DNA from: Methanomassiliicoccaceae archaeon
GTDB taxonomy: Archaea > Thermoplasmatota > Thermoplasmata > Methanomassiliicoccales > Methanomassiliicoccaceae
Assembly: GCA_963728405.1 (NCBI GenBank)
Contig: CAVSJV010000005.1
Location: 384,001-448,000 of the forward strand
DNA: 64,000 bases
Direction: 5' to 3'
Shown here piece by piece: positions 55,311 through 64,000 of this stretch (positions are counted from its first letter, which is position 1; every line of letters starts with the position of its first letter). The notes under the pieces were generated by a model. It saw nothing but the letters and a program-made list of their open reading frames with translations, did not search any database and had not been told where the DNA came from. The translations under genes were made by a program, and so were the position numbers.

Positions 55311-55670
55311 TCATGCATGTATCGTTATCCCAAGCTCTCCGTAGCTGTTCAGGACGATGGATGGATTTCCATCCCGAGCCAATCTTTCCTTGAGGGCAGG
55401 ATATGATGCATCGGGAACGATAACAGTGACCCGGTACCCCTCCGCTACAACCTCGTTGTATTGTAGCAATGCATATTGTCTCAGCCAACTTTTTTCAGTC
55501 TCGATGAAGTCCAGGCCCCTCAGCCCACTCCCCCTGTCGATAGTTGTTATGACGCCATACTCTTCGCCCCCGCTTTTTTTTACATCAAATTCTATCGACA
55601 AACCAGGAGCCATGGTCTGGATCATAACGATCCTCTGTTGTATTATGTCCTCCACTCCCCTGTTAGACAT
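55311..55670 (-). CDS. Hypothetical alpha/beta protein
   Basis: ~119-aa ORF with protein-like composition; no family recognised. Confidence 0.6.
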   Translation of the reverse strand: MSNRGVEDIIQQRIVMIQTMAPGLSIEFDVKKSGGEEYGVITTIDRGSGLRGLDFIETEKSWLRQYALLQYNEVVAEGYRVTVIVPDASYPALKERLARDGNPSIVLNSYGELGITIHA

Positions 55671-56040
55671 GTTCACTACTTCAGTTGGTTCGATATAACA
55701 ATGTTCTGTCAGGTCGTGCAGGAATTCAGATGGTCATCCATTATCTGCCTCCCGTTCAGCTAAGGGAGGAAGCCTGACCAGACATGATGCCTCAACTCAC
55801 AACAGGAAGTAGGGATCAGTTTCTCCGCCGTCGTAGCGAAGTATCGTACTAAAGTAGAGGACCACTCACCTTCGAAGCGGGCAAGCATCTCCAGGAATTT
55901 AGCTGTTCCATATCCTTGTGCGTTAGTGCGTGCCTAATGCTGGGATTTAAATACTATGGGCCTTCTGGTTAGTAATTCCGCTCATCCCTTAGGTCTCCAC
56001 AGGCGGGAAGAAGGTTTTGAGAACGAGTTAGGACTTTGAA

Positions 56041-56544
56041 ATGAATTGCAATATTATTCAGATGGCCGATGCTGGAAGCAGCTGCCAAAAGAACATTGAA
56101 CAATGGATGATCGATGGAATGCCCCAGTTGATCAGGGATGCCGGGGCGAGCATGGGGTCGGGAGCTAATGTGATGGTCCTGGCCTGCCGATGGAGATACT
56201 TCGCCGCCGAGGACCTGATGGGGCTTAAGAAGCTAGCCTCTAACACCGACTATAGGGTCATCAGGATGCCCTGTTCTGGCCAGGTCCAAGCGAATTGGAT
56301 AGCTGCCGCACTTGATTCAGGAGCGGATGCGGTCCTGGTCATGGGGGGCCACCCTGCTACCTGTCATTTTGCTCAAGATTCGATCGAAGGGGATAAAATG
56401 CCTAATGATGGACCCGGGCCGCAGAAATTCGATCCGGCTCGTCTGTTGGTCGATTGGTCAGAAGGAGATAGGTCCGAAAGGTTCCTGGGATCTGTAGACC
56501 AGCTCGTAGCGACCGTGGAAAAATTGAGAGATATGCCACAATGA
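56041..56544 (+). CDS. MvhD/FlpD-like hydrogenase Fe-S subunit homologue (degenerate)
   Basis: VIRMPCSGQV, GADAVLV.G.HP..CHF, RLLVDWS. Confidence 0.8.
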   Translation: MNCNIIQMADAGSSCQKNIEQWMIDGMPQLIRDAGASMGSGANVMVLACRWRYFAAEDLMGLKKLASNTDYRVIRMPCSGQVQANWIAAALDSGADAVLVMGGHPATCHFAQDSIEGDKMPNDGPGPQKFDPARLLVDWSEGDRSERFLGSVDQLVATVEKLRDMPQ

Positions 56545-56802
56545 AATGTGGATCGATCCCCTCTTTTACAAATTATTGAGAAGGAGCGTTCATCCCATTC
56601 CTGGGCAAGAAACCCTTTTGTCGCTTGTCAATTCTATAGCATTTCACTTGAGGGTTAGATATCAAGTAGAAATGGGGAAAATTGCATCGAGCTAATTCAA
56701 AAAGCTCGAACAATTGGATGATCTGTGCCCCCTCAAAAATGTGAGGAGACATTGTGGACCATTTTTAATTGCCATTAAATACTCACCCCTATCATGATAT
56801 AG

Positions 56803-56873
56803 GTGCAGGCGTCACCTGGGCAGTCATTGAGAGCTTGGCAGTAAACACACTGTCATTTGCCCAGGGCCTGCAC
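56803..56873 (+). ncRNA. Candidate small structured ncRNA
   Basis: Three nested helices; TATA-like ATTAAATA ~22 nt upstream; T-tract after. Confidence 0.45.
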
Positions 56874-57097
56874 AAATTTTCTCGATAACCTTGACCGCAT
56901 CTGCTTTGAATGGACCCCATCTTGTTAGATCCATGGCCAGGAGATCACAAAGGCCGGAGAATGATGCGGCCCATTGGCGACCTTTTAATAAAATTGGTAA
57001 ATTTTAGTCTAACCTGTCTCATATAGTCGACGCTCACAACAGACAGTGAAGTGATCGGGCCGTGCCGATGAGCACCCGGCCCTCAAGGTGATAAAAA

Positions 57098-57256
57098 ATG
57101 AAAGGAGCGATCAAGAAAGATATCGACAAGGAAATTGAGGATGTTCAGAAAGTAGCGAGGGGTGGAGCCAAGGACATCAAGAAGGGCGTTAAGGATGTTG
57201 GAGAGGCCATCGATAAGGAAGTGAAGAAGGTACAAGGGAAAATAAAAAAAGCATAA
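57098..57256 (+). CDS. 52-aa Lys/Asp-rich amphipathic protein (LEA/CsbD-like)
   Basis: AGGTGA RBS; MKGAIKKDIDKEIEDVQKVARGGAKDIKKGVKDVGEAIDKEVKKVQGKIKKA; below the ORF-track cutoff. Confidence 0.75.
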   Translation: MKGAIKKDIDKEIEDVQKVARGGAKDIKKGVKDVGEAIDKEVKKVQGKIKKA

Positions 57257-57641
57257 ACTAGAAGCTTTCCGGGAGCGCCTTGCGGTGTCCGATGCTTAGG
57301 CAGAAATCAATCAGCTCGATCGAATTTGCGTCCAACCTCTAGGTCTAAACAAAGACCAGGGTTCTTTTCGAACTTTATCAACGAATTAATTCGTGGTCGG
57401 GTTGCCAAGCAGGGAGCAAAACTGAAGGCAGGCACCTGGGGCCATATGTGCGGGACCTCACAGATCCGGCGGTGATCCAGGGGCACCAAGACTTCAATTT
57501 TTAACTCAGCTTAAAGATCAAAATAGCCCCATTATATCCGACACAAAGAAAAAATATCCTTTCTAGAACGCCAGTAACAAACGGATCGGGTGAATGGATA
57601 AAGGATCAACTAGGACAAATAAGATTAATGAATAAGAATAA

Positions 57642-57717
57642 TGGTGGGGCCGCCCGGATTTGAACCGGAGTCTATTGGTCCCGAACCAACAAGGATTCCA
57701 AGCTACCCCACGGCCCC
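57642..57717 (-). tRNA. tRNA-Pro (CGG), CCA encoded
   Basis: GGGGCCG/CGGCCCC acceptor stem, anticodon loop TTCGGGA, T-arm TCCGG-TTCAAAT-CCGGG, 3' ACCA. Confidence 0.96.
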
Positions 57718-57802
57718 GTAGAGGTAGGATGGGCTAATATGGACGATAATTAAATACCTATCGACCAACTGGCGCTCAATAATTTGAGCTCCACCGTATC
57801 TC

Positions 57803-57985
57803 AAACAGTATCGACCCATGGAGTAACCTATGTCTTTGTATCCCCGCTCGAAGTACCTACTGTCTCGGGAATTCTAGGACTCGCAGCTGGACTTGGGACT
57901 TTGCATTGGGCCCCCGAAAGGCCCCCCTCACGGTCCGCCGCATGCGGCTGGTAGGTCGGCAGCCTACTCGCTTCAGATTTACCGA
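57803..57985 (-). ncRNA. TnpB omegaRNA (reRNA) overlapping the tnpB 3' end, with putative guide TCCATGGGTCGATACTGTTT
   Basis: GGCTG-ccGACCTAc-CAGCC stem-loop whose loop is complementary to the terminal TAGGTT (pseudoknot); several GC hairpins; low-complexity protein tail. Boundaries inferred. Confidence 0.65.
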
Positions 57986-59024
57986 GGCGAGCGATGTTCC
58001 TGGAGGCATTTAGGTCGGCGTTGAGCTGGAAACCACAGCGTACGCAATGGAAGTGACCACCCACCCGACTCTTCCGGTCTATCCAACCACACTTGGAGCA
58101 CCATTGTGAAGTGCAGGTTGGATCAATAAGGACGACCGTTTTTCCCAGACCTTCTGCTTTGTATCTGATGAACTGCTCTAATTGAAAATATGCCCAGCGG
58201 TTCAGTTTGGTCTTCATTTTTCTATCTAGCCATCTACCTTTCCCAATGTCGGCTAGGTCCTCCAGGGCGAACACAGCAAAGTCGGTGTTCACTATTTCTT
58301 TTGAGATACGATGGTTCTCGCAGGTCACGAACCGTCTCTCTCGTCCAGATTGTTGTCTTAATCTCCTTATGGCCGAACGAGTGCCTACAGCCTGCAGTTC
58401 TGCTTTGTTCTTAGCGTATTTTCCTCTTGTTGCATTTATCTCTGAGGAGTCATAGAACTCGTTGTTCGAACAAACCGCGACGTTCTTTAACCCTCTATCG
58501 ATGCCCAGCGTTTCGCCTTCAACAGGCTTGACGATGGTCCGATCCTCCACTACCACGCTGAGGAAGAATCTTCGTTTTATTCTATCCCAGATCAGGACAG
58601 ATATTTTACAATTCCATCCCGCGTACTTTCTCAAATATTCATGCAGCACGACCGGCGCATGGATCCTGCCATCGACCGAATAGATGCTAACGGTCCCTGA
58701 TTCAAAGTACACCTTTGCAACCCTCCAGGGATAGCGGACCGCTGCGTGGGGTTTCCTCTTCGGAGCCGTTTTCATCTCGCATTGTTTGAGCGCCTCACAA
58801 GCAGTGTCCTTCGCGCTCTGGATGAGGCCAGCAGCGAGCTTTGGGACGGCAGCCCGCATATCGTAATAGATGTCATATTGGAGCCTCCGTTTGCTGCAGT
58901 CCTGGTGTTGGTAGCCCCATGCTGCGGCATAGTTGTAGGCCGAGGTATATTCCTCCATCGTCCTAAGCAGCGAGCCCTTCTGCTCCTCGGTCAGAACAAG
59001 CTCCAGCTTGACCGTCCGCATCAT
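57828..59024 (-). mobile_element. tnpB: IS200/IS605-family TnpB RNA-guided endonuclease, no tnpA
   Basis: RTVKL N-terminus, RuvC-I GIDRG, RuvC-II ALEDL, TSQWCSKCG/CVRCG Zn finger, RuvC-III NADLNASRNI; D-E-D triad intact. Confidence 0.93.
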
Positions 59025-59048
59025 GGGTCGCACATGGACTAGCCAATT

Positions 59049-59143
59049 GATTCCCCATTGCTCTGCAAGTAACCTACTTCCTGGTCGGGACGGCCGGCAT
59101 CCCTATGCTAGCTCGCTCGACTCATCATCGAGGAGTCAGGCAT
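59049..59143 (-). ncRNA. Second, partial omegaRNA-like module upstream of tnpB, with putative guide TTGCAGAGCAATGGGGAATC
   Basis: Same ATGC-stem-GCGAG-8nt-hairpin-9nt-RTAGGTTAC architecture as the downstream module. Confidence 0.5.
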
Positions 59144-59178
59144 TTAATTACCCACAGCCCTACCTTGACCGGGGAAGA

Positions 59179-59730
59179 ATGAAGCGCTGGCAGGTCGTGG
59201 GCGTATTTATCGTATGCATCCTGGTAGGGGTCGCCGGTTGGGCCTCACAAAAGGCTGTGGCCGACTATGTTCATCCCATGGGCTCGGGCGGTCAGACCGC
59301 CGGTCAGGGCTGGGAGGTGGAGAACATCCCTCTTGATCCTGCTCTCGGCGAACATGTAAAGATCGAGATAACCTCTTTGAATGGTCATCCTCTCAATGTC
59401 TACTACACCACCGAAGCAGGCTTGGTGGCCACCCACCTAGGTCAACCGTTCGAGTACGATCCTCAGTATTCTCATATGAACGCGACCCATGTCAAGATGG
59501 AACTGAGCCTCCCCGTCAGCTCAGAAATACTCGAGATCATGATAACAAGCAGCGACCCTCAGGAGATCGTCCCCTGCCAGGTGGTCGCGGAGCAGTCCCA
59601 TCTGCCCTTTGACATGAAGGCGTTCTTCCAAGCGACCTCGTTCATCTGCTGGATATCGGGCATATCTCTATTCGTCCTGTTGGTCCATTCCATCTCTATA
59701 TATCGGGGTGAACGGAACCGTTACGCCTGA
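59179..59730 (+). CDS. Hypothetical protein with N- and C-terminal TM helices
   Basis: MKRWQVVGVFIVCILVG signal/anchor, beta-rich core, C-terminal hydrophobic helix. Confidence 0.7.
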   Translation: MKRWQVVGVFIVCILVGVAGWASQKAVADYVHPMGSGGQTAGQGWEVENIPLDPALGEHVKIEITSLNGHPLNVYYTTEAGLVATHLGQPFEYDPQYSHMNATHVKMELSLPVSSEILEIMITSSDPQEIVPCQVVAEQSHLPFDMKAFFQATSFICWISGISLFVLLVHSISIYRGERNRYA

Positions 59731-59753
59731 ACTAACGATTAGGGGCATCAACG

Positions 59754-60041
59754 TTAGATCTTCCCGGTGCCCTGGATGATATCGTTGATCCATTGTACCA
59801 GCTTTCGGTATGCTTCCTCTCCCTTTTCGGTGAGGACGATGCCATCGCGACCCCCTTCCACCGCCCTAAGCTCCACCAGGCCCTTGGCCAGCAACCAATC
59901 GAGATACTTGGTGAACACGTCGTAGTTGACCTTCGATGCCACTTGAAGCCTGGTCCGGAGCATAGGGACGTCCTCGTTCCACAATCTCTCCAGGACCCTG
60001 GCCACCACATAGAGGTCCGGCCGCTCCATGGGTGCCGCCAT
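59754..60041 (-). CDS. Small archaeal winged-helix DNA-binding protein (COG3432-like)
   Basis: RTRLQVASKVNYDVFTKYLDWLLAKGLV...LTEKGEE; start overlaps the upstream stop (TGATG). Confidence 0.82.
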   Translation of the reverse strand: MAAPMERPDLYVVARVLERLWNEDVPMLRTRLQVASKVNYDVFTKYLDWLLAKGLVELRAVEGGRDGIVLTEKGEEAYRKLVQWINDIIQGTGKI

Positions 60042-60760
60042 CAAAGGCCCCCAAGGTATTCTTCCATGGCCTTTCTGGATTCCTCCATCCGCCGGCCCCA
60101 CCGTTCCAGGAGGGCGTCCCGTTCCCGGCGGTCCGCAGAGATGATGATGGCCAGGGAGATCAGGAGTACCGCGATGACCGTACCGAGCAGGAGGAACAGG
60201 TAGCCCAGCCCCGGGACACTGGGCGTCGAGAAGATCTGGACGATGAGGTAGGCGACCGATGCGCCGGCAATGAACACTGTGGTGATCAGAAACGGATGTC
60301 GATTGAACCTATCTCGCCGGCGTATCGACGACCAGTATAGGACCTGATGAGATGCCTCCATCAGCAGGTCAAAGCTCGATATGCCCTCTCTGGCCGCGTA
60401 GGGGCTCATCGCCCGTTGTAACCGCTCTATCCACCGCCTCTGGGCCTCGATCTTCTCCCGGTACTTGCCGCGGACCACCACGATCAAGGGCACCAGCACT
60501 ACCATGGTCAGGACGGTGGCAAGTAGGAGATTCTCTAAGTAGGAATGGAAGATGGGCCAGAGGGTCGAGAAGCAGGCGAAGAGGAGGAACGTCCACAAGG
60601 CCATCCCGCCGATCGCCAAGAGGGCCATGGCGTCCTCGTACTTCGATGCCAGCACCGTACGGGCGTCCGAGGCGAGACGGTATGCTTCGGCCAGCCCGCC
60701 CTGCACTAATTGGTCGGTCCCTCTCCTATCGGTCGCGCCCGTTCTCTTCCCCCTTATCAT
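60041..60760 (-). CDS. Hypothetical 4-TM membrane protein
   Basis: Two pairs of hydrophobic helices; translationally coupled to the wHTH gene. Confidence 0.65.
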   Translation of the reverse strand: MIRGKRTGATDRRGTDQLVQGGLAEAYRLASDARTVLASKYEDAMALLAIGGMALWTFLLFACFSTLWPIFHSYLENLLLATVLTMVVLVPLIVVVRGKYREKIEAQRRWIERLQRAMSPYAAREGISSFDLLMEASHQVLYWSSIRRRDRFNRHPFLITTVFIAGASVAYLIVQIFSTPSVPGLGYLFLLLGTVIAVLLISLAIIISADRRERDALLERWGRRMEESRKAMEEYLGGL

Positions 60761-60920
60761 AAAATACATTGAATATTTATACTCTTGACTCCGCGCTGAT
60801 GAGTTGGGAAGCGACATTATGGGGCGGGGGCCAGCACAAGGCTGGCCGTTCTCTCATACGAGCATTGTCGATGTTCATATACGACAAATATAAATATGGT
60901 GCCAGATTTTTCCCGTCCTA

Positions 60921-61604
60921 ATGAGGGAACAGCTGCGCGAGAAGATCGCTGGCGAGATCACTCTGTCCGTCGATGCTGGGAAAACGATCCGCAAGTGGCG
61001 GGACGAGTTCGGTATCTCCCAGCAGGAGCTGGCCCGCCATCTCGGCATATCGCCGTCGGTCATCAGCGACTACGAGTCGGGACGAAGGAAGTCGCCGGGC
61101 ATCGCCATCATCCGCCGTCTGGTGGACGGTTTCATCGACCTGGACGAGCGGTCCGGGGGCAAGATCCTGAAAAAATATGACCTCGGTGAGAAGCATGACT
61201 GCATCATCAGCATCAACGAGTTCCGCACTAGCATATCGGCCAGGGAGTTCATGGACCTGATCGAGGCGGAACCTCTCAACCGCGGCATCTCGCTGGACCG
61301 TCACATCCATGGCTACACGGTCATCGACTCCATCAAGGCCATCACCTCATTGTCCTCGTTCGACTATCTGAAGATCTACGGCTGGTCTAGCGAGCGCGCG
61401 CTCATCTTCACTGGGGTCAAGTTCGGCCGCTCGCCAATGATAGCCATCCGCGCTCATCCTCTGAAACCGAGCCTCGTCGGCTACCACCGACCGGAGCACG
61501 TGGACGAGCTGGCCATCAAGCTCGCCACGCTGGAGAACATACCGTTGATCAAGATGGAACTGCCGGTCCCCACCATCGTGGACCGGCTCAAGAAGCTCAC
61601 CTAG
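60921..61604 (+). CDS. XRE-HTH transcriptional regulator (COG1709-like)
   Basis: [51 protein letters not shown]. Confidence 0.88.
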   Translation: MREQLREKIAGEITLSVDAGKTIRKWRDEFGISQQELARHLGISPSVISDYESGRRKSPGIAIIRRLVDGFIDLDERSGGKILKKYDLGEKHDCIISINEFRTSISAREFMDLIEAEPLNRGISLDRHIHGYTVIDSIKAITSLSSFDYLKIYGWSSERALIFTGVKFGRSPMIAIRAHPLKPSLVGYHRPEHVDELAIKLATLENIPLIKMELPVPTIVDRLKKLT

Positions 61605-61614
61605 GAGACATATC

Positions 61615-62673
61615 ATGGACGTAGGCATTGTAAGTTATGGGGCCTACCTGCCCCGCTACAGGATCGTACCGCAGGAGATAGGACGGGTGTGGGGGACCGA
61701 CGGCGACGCGATGAGCCGTAACCTGCTCATCTTCTCCAAGTCCGTCCCCGCACCGGATGAGGATGTCATCACCATCTCGGTCGAAGCGGCCCGGAACATG
61801 ATGCGCCGTTGTGACGTAGACCCTCACCAGATCGGGGCGATCTACGTCGGTTCGGAATCTCACCCCTATGCGGTCAAACCAACCGGGACGATCGTGGCCG
61901 AGGCCATCGAGGCGGGGCCGAACCTGACCGTGGCGGACTACGAGTTCGCCTGCAAGGCCGGGACGGCGGCGATCCAGACCTGCATGGGCCTGGTGGGCTC
62001 GGGCATGGTCAAGTACGGCGTCGCCATCGGGGCGGACACCTCTCAGGGAGCACCGGGTGACGCGTTGGAGTTCTCGGCGTCGGCCGGCGGGGCGGCGTAT
62101 CTGATCGGTTCCGAGAAGATCATCGCCCGCATCAATCGCACATGTTCATACACCACCGACACCCCCGACTTCTGGAGGCGGGAGGGGCAGTGCTATCCGT
62201 CCCATGGTGGGCGTTTCACCGGCGAGCCAGCCTACTTCAAGCACGTCATGGCCTCGGCCAAGAACCTGCTGGAGATCATGGGAACGAAGCCGTCCGATTA
62301 CGACTACGCCATCTTCCACCAGCCCAACGGCAAGTTCCCGGTGAGGGTCGCCAAGCAGCTGGGCTTTACCGAGCCGCAGATCGAGGTCGGCCTGCTCACG
62401 CCGTTCATCGGCAACACCTACTCGGGCGCAGTGCCCCTGGGCCTGGCATCGGTGCTGGACGTGGCGAAGCCTGGTCAGCGCATCTTCGCCGTGGCCTATG
62501 GCTCCGGCGCCGGCTCGGATGCCTTCGATATGACGGTCACCGAGGAGATCAATAACCTTAGGAAGGGAGCGGCGCCTACCGTGAAAGAGCTGGTCGAGAA
62601 CAAGAAGTTCCTTGACTACGCCACTTATGCCAAGTATCGTGGCAAGATCAGGATGAAGGAGGCAGCGGAATGA
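61615..62673 (+). CDS. mvaS: Archaeal HMG-CoA synthase
   Basis: [38 protein letters not shown]. Confidence 0.95.
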   Translation: MDVGIVSYGAYLPRYRIVPQEIGRVWGTDGDAMSRNLLIFSKSVPAPDEDVITISVEAARNMMRRCDVDPHQIGAIYVGSESHPYAVKPTGTIVAEAIEAGPNLTVADYEFACKAGTAAIQTCMGLVGSGMVKYGVAIGADTSQGAPGDALEFSASAGGAAYLIGSEKIIARINRTCSYTTDTPDFWRREGQCYPSHGGRFTGEPAYFKHVMASAKNLLEIMGTKPSDYDYAIFHQPNGKFPVRVAKQLGFTEPQIEVGLLTPFIGNTYSGAVPLGLASVLDVAKPGQRIFAVAYGSGAGSDAFDMTVTEEINNLRKGAAPTVKELVENKKFLDYATYAKYRGKIRMKEAAE

Positions 62674-63839
62674 GAGAGGTAGCGATCATCGGGATCGGGG
62701 ACACCAAGTTCGGAGAACTGTGGGACCTGTCGTTCCGCGAGATAGGGATCCAGGCCGGCCTGGCGGCGGTGTACGACGCCAATCTTTCGGGCGAGGAGAT
62801 CGACGCCCTGTACGTCGGCAACATGTCGGCGGGCAAGTTCATCGAGCAGGAGCACATCGGTGCCCTCATCGCCGATTACTCCGGCCTCGCCCGCGACCAC
62901 ATCCCAGCCACCCGGATCGAGGCCGCTGGCGCGTCCGGCGGACTGGCGTTCCGGGAGGGCTATACGGCGGTGGCGTCCGGCATGCACGATATCGTGGTGG
63001 TGGGTGGAGCGGAGAAGATGACCGACGTCGGCGACATGCTCTCCACCGAGATCCAGGCGACCGCCGCAGACCAGCAGTGGGAGACGATGTTCGGGGCCAC
63101 CTTCCCGGCGTTGCACGCCTTGATCGCCCGCCGGCACATGTTCGAGTATGGGACGACCCGCGAGCAGCTGGGGTCGGTCGCGGTCAAGAACCATAAGCAT
63201 GGCGCCTTGAACCCCAAGGCCCAGTTCCAGAAGGAGATCAAGCTCGACACGGTGCTGAAGGCCTCGCCGGTGGCAGAGCCGTTGGGCATGTTCGATTGCG
63301 CCCCCATCTCGGATGGAGCGGCGGCGGTGGTGCTGTGCTGTATGGAGAAGGCCAAGAAGTATGTTGACACGCCGATCAAGGTGCTCGGTTCCGGGCAAGC
63401 GTCCGATACCCTCGCCCTGGCGCACCGTGAGAGCATCACCCGGTTCGACGCGACGACCGTGGCCGCGCAGCGGGCGTTCCAGCAGGCTGGCCTGACCTCG
63501 GCGGACATCCAGCTGGCCGAGGTTCATGATAATTTTACCATCTCCGAGATCCTGGCCATCGAGGACCTGGGCTTTTTCCCCAAGGGAACGGGCGGCAAGG
63601 CCACCGCGGACGGACAGACCGTCCTCGGGTCCAAGCTGGCCGTGAACACCTCAGGGGGTCTGAAGGCCCGCGGCGACCCGATCGGGGCCACCGGTATCGC
63701 TCAGATCGTGGAGATCGTCACCCAGTTGCGGGGCGAGGCCGGCAAGAGGCAGGTAGCGAACGCCGAGCGGGCGCTTGCTCATAATGTGGGAGGGACCGGC
63801 GCTACTGCCGTCGTCCACCTATTAGGGAGGGTGAACTAG
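62670..63839 (+). CDS. Archaeal acetoacetyl-CoA thiolase
   Basis: [31 protein letters not shown]; lies between HMGCS and DUF35. Confidence 0.9.
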   Translation: MREVAIIGIGDTKFGELWDLSFREIGIQAGLAAVYDANLSGEEIDALYVGNMSAGKFIEQEHIGALIADYSGLARDHIPATRIEAAGASGGLAFREGYTAVASGMHDIVVVGGAEKMTDVGDMLSTEIQATAADQQWETMFGATFPALHALIARRHMFEYGTTREQLGSVAVKNHKHGALNPKAQFQKEIKLDTVLKASPVAEPLGMFDCAPISDGAAAVVLCCMEKAKKYVDTPIKVLGSGQASDTLALAHRESITRFDATTVAAQRAFQQAGLTSADIQLAEVHDNFTISEILAIEDLGFFPKGTGGKATADGQTVLGSKLAVNTSGGLKARGDPIGATGIAQIVEIVTQLRGEAGKRQVANAERALAHNVGGTGATAVVHLLGRVN

Positions 63840-64000
63840 ATGACCGTCGCTCGCTTTTGGAGAGAGAACGAATCGCGATACAACTCTGATCGGGGCCAAG
63901 TGCGGCCATTGCGGCCGCCTGTACTTCCCGCCGAGGACGGTATGCCCGGTATGCCACCGTAAAAGCATCGGGAAGATGGAGCCGTTCAAGCTCAAGGGGA
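63840..64000 (+). CDS. DUF35 Zn-ribbon/OB-fold scaffold protein (partial); one extra base near 63886
   Basis: MTVARFWRE...RYN/LIGAKCGHCGRLYFPPRTVCPVC; runs off the window. Confidence 0.88.

Noticed and set aside
55803-55813. CAGGAAGTAGG matching the upstream omegaRNA-like module
   Set aside because: Lacks the TTAC end, the adjacent hairpin and the GCGAG element; probably chance.
57838-57850. GAGCGGGGATA resembling part of a type I-E CRISPR repeat
   Set aside because: Only 11 nt, and explained as one arm of the omegaRNA hairpin.
57750-57870. Bona fide CRISPR array next to tnpB
   Set aside because: Only two imperfect 13-nt repeats and no cas genes; treated as omegaRNA end structure instead.
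60025-60033. 9-nt match (TCCATGGGT) to the putative TnpB guide at the start of the wHTH gene
   Set aside because: A 9-mer match is expected by chance in 64 kb.
1760-63839. Pyrrolysine read-through of TAG codons
   Set aside because: TAG ends many conserved genes at their expected C-termini (asd, DUF39, carB, pstA, thiolase), often abutting the next start; no split gene is bridged by an in-frame TAG.

Overview
Chromosomal window from a GC-rich archaeon. Gene content points to a Methanomassiliicoccales (Thermoplasmatota) methanogen: archaeal aroA'/aroB' pathway, DUF39/NIL-ferredoxin homocysteine synthase, MtaA-type methyltransferase, MvhD-like protein, HMG-CoA synthase/thiolase/DUF35 cluster. 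In order it carries: an 11-gene aromatic amino acid + asd + homocysteine super-operon; carAB; pelota; a homocitrate synthase/homoaconitase operon; a pst/phoU phosphate locus; a giant PAS/GAF kinase; mixed metabolic and transport genes; a methyltransferase-associated region with pseudogenes; a more AT-rich signal-transduction block (CheB-CheR fusion, two kinases) next to tRNA-Pro(CGG); a solo tnpB; and the start of the mevalonate cluster. Twelve frameshifts in conserved genes each resolve by removing one extra base, so they are probably sequencing errors. Main highlights: (1) tnpB is flanked on both sides by the same omegaRNA-like 3' module, each followed by a different putative guide; (2) PstS is circularly permuted; (3) the PGK homologue has lost its 3-phosphoglycerate-binding residues; (4) a CheBR/kinase pair has candidate methyl-accepting helices but no chemotaxis genes nearby; (5) a free-standing ~70-nt structured RNA candidate. 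All calls come from manual reading; no database searches were run.
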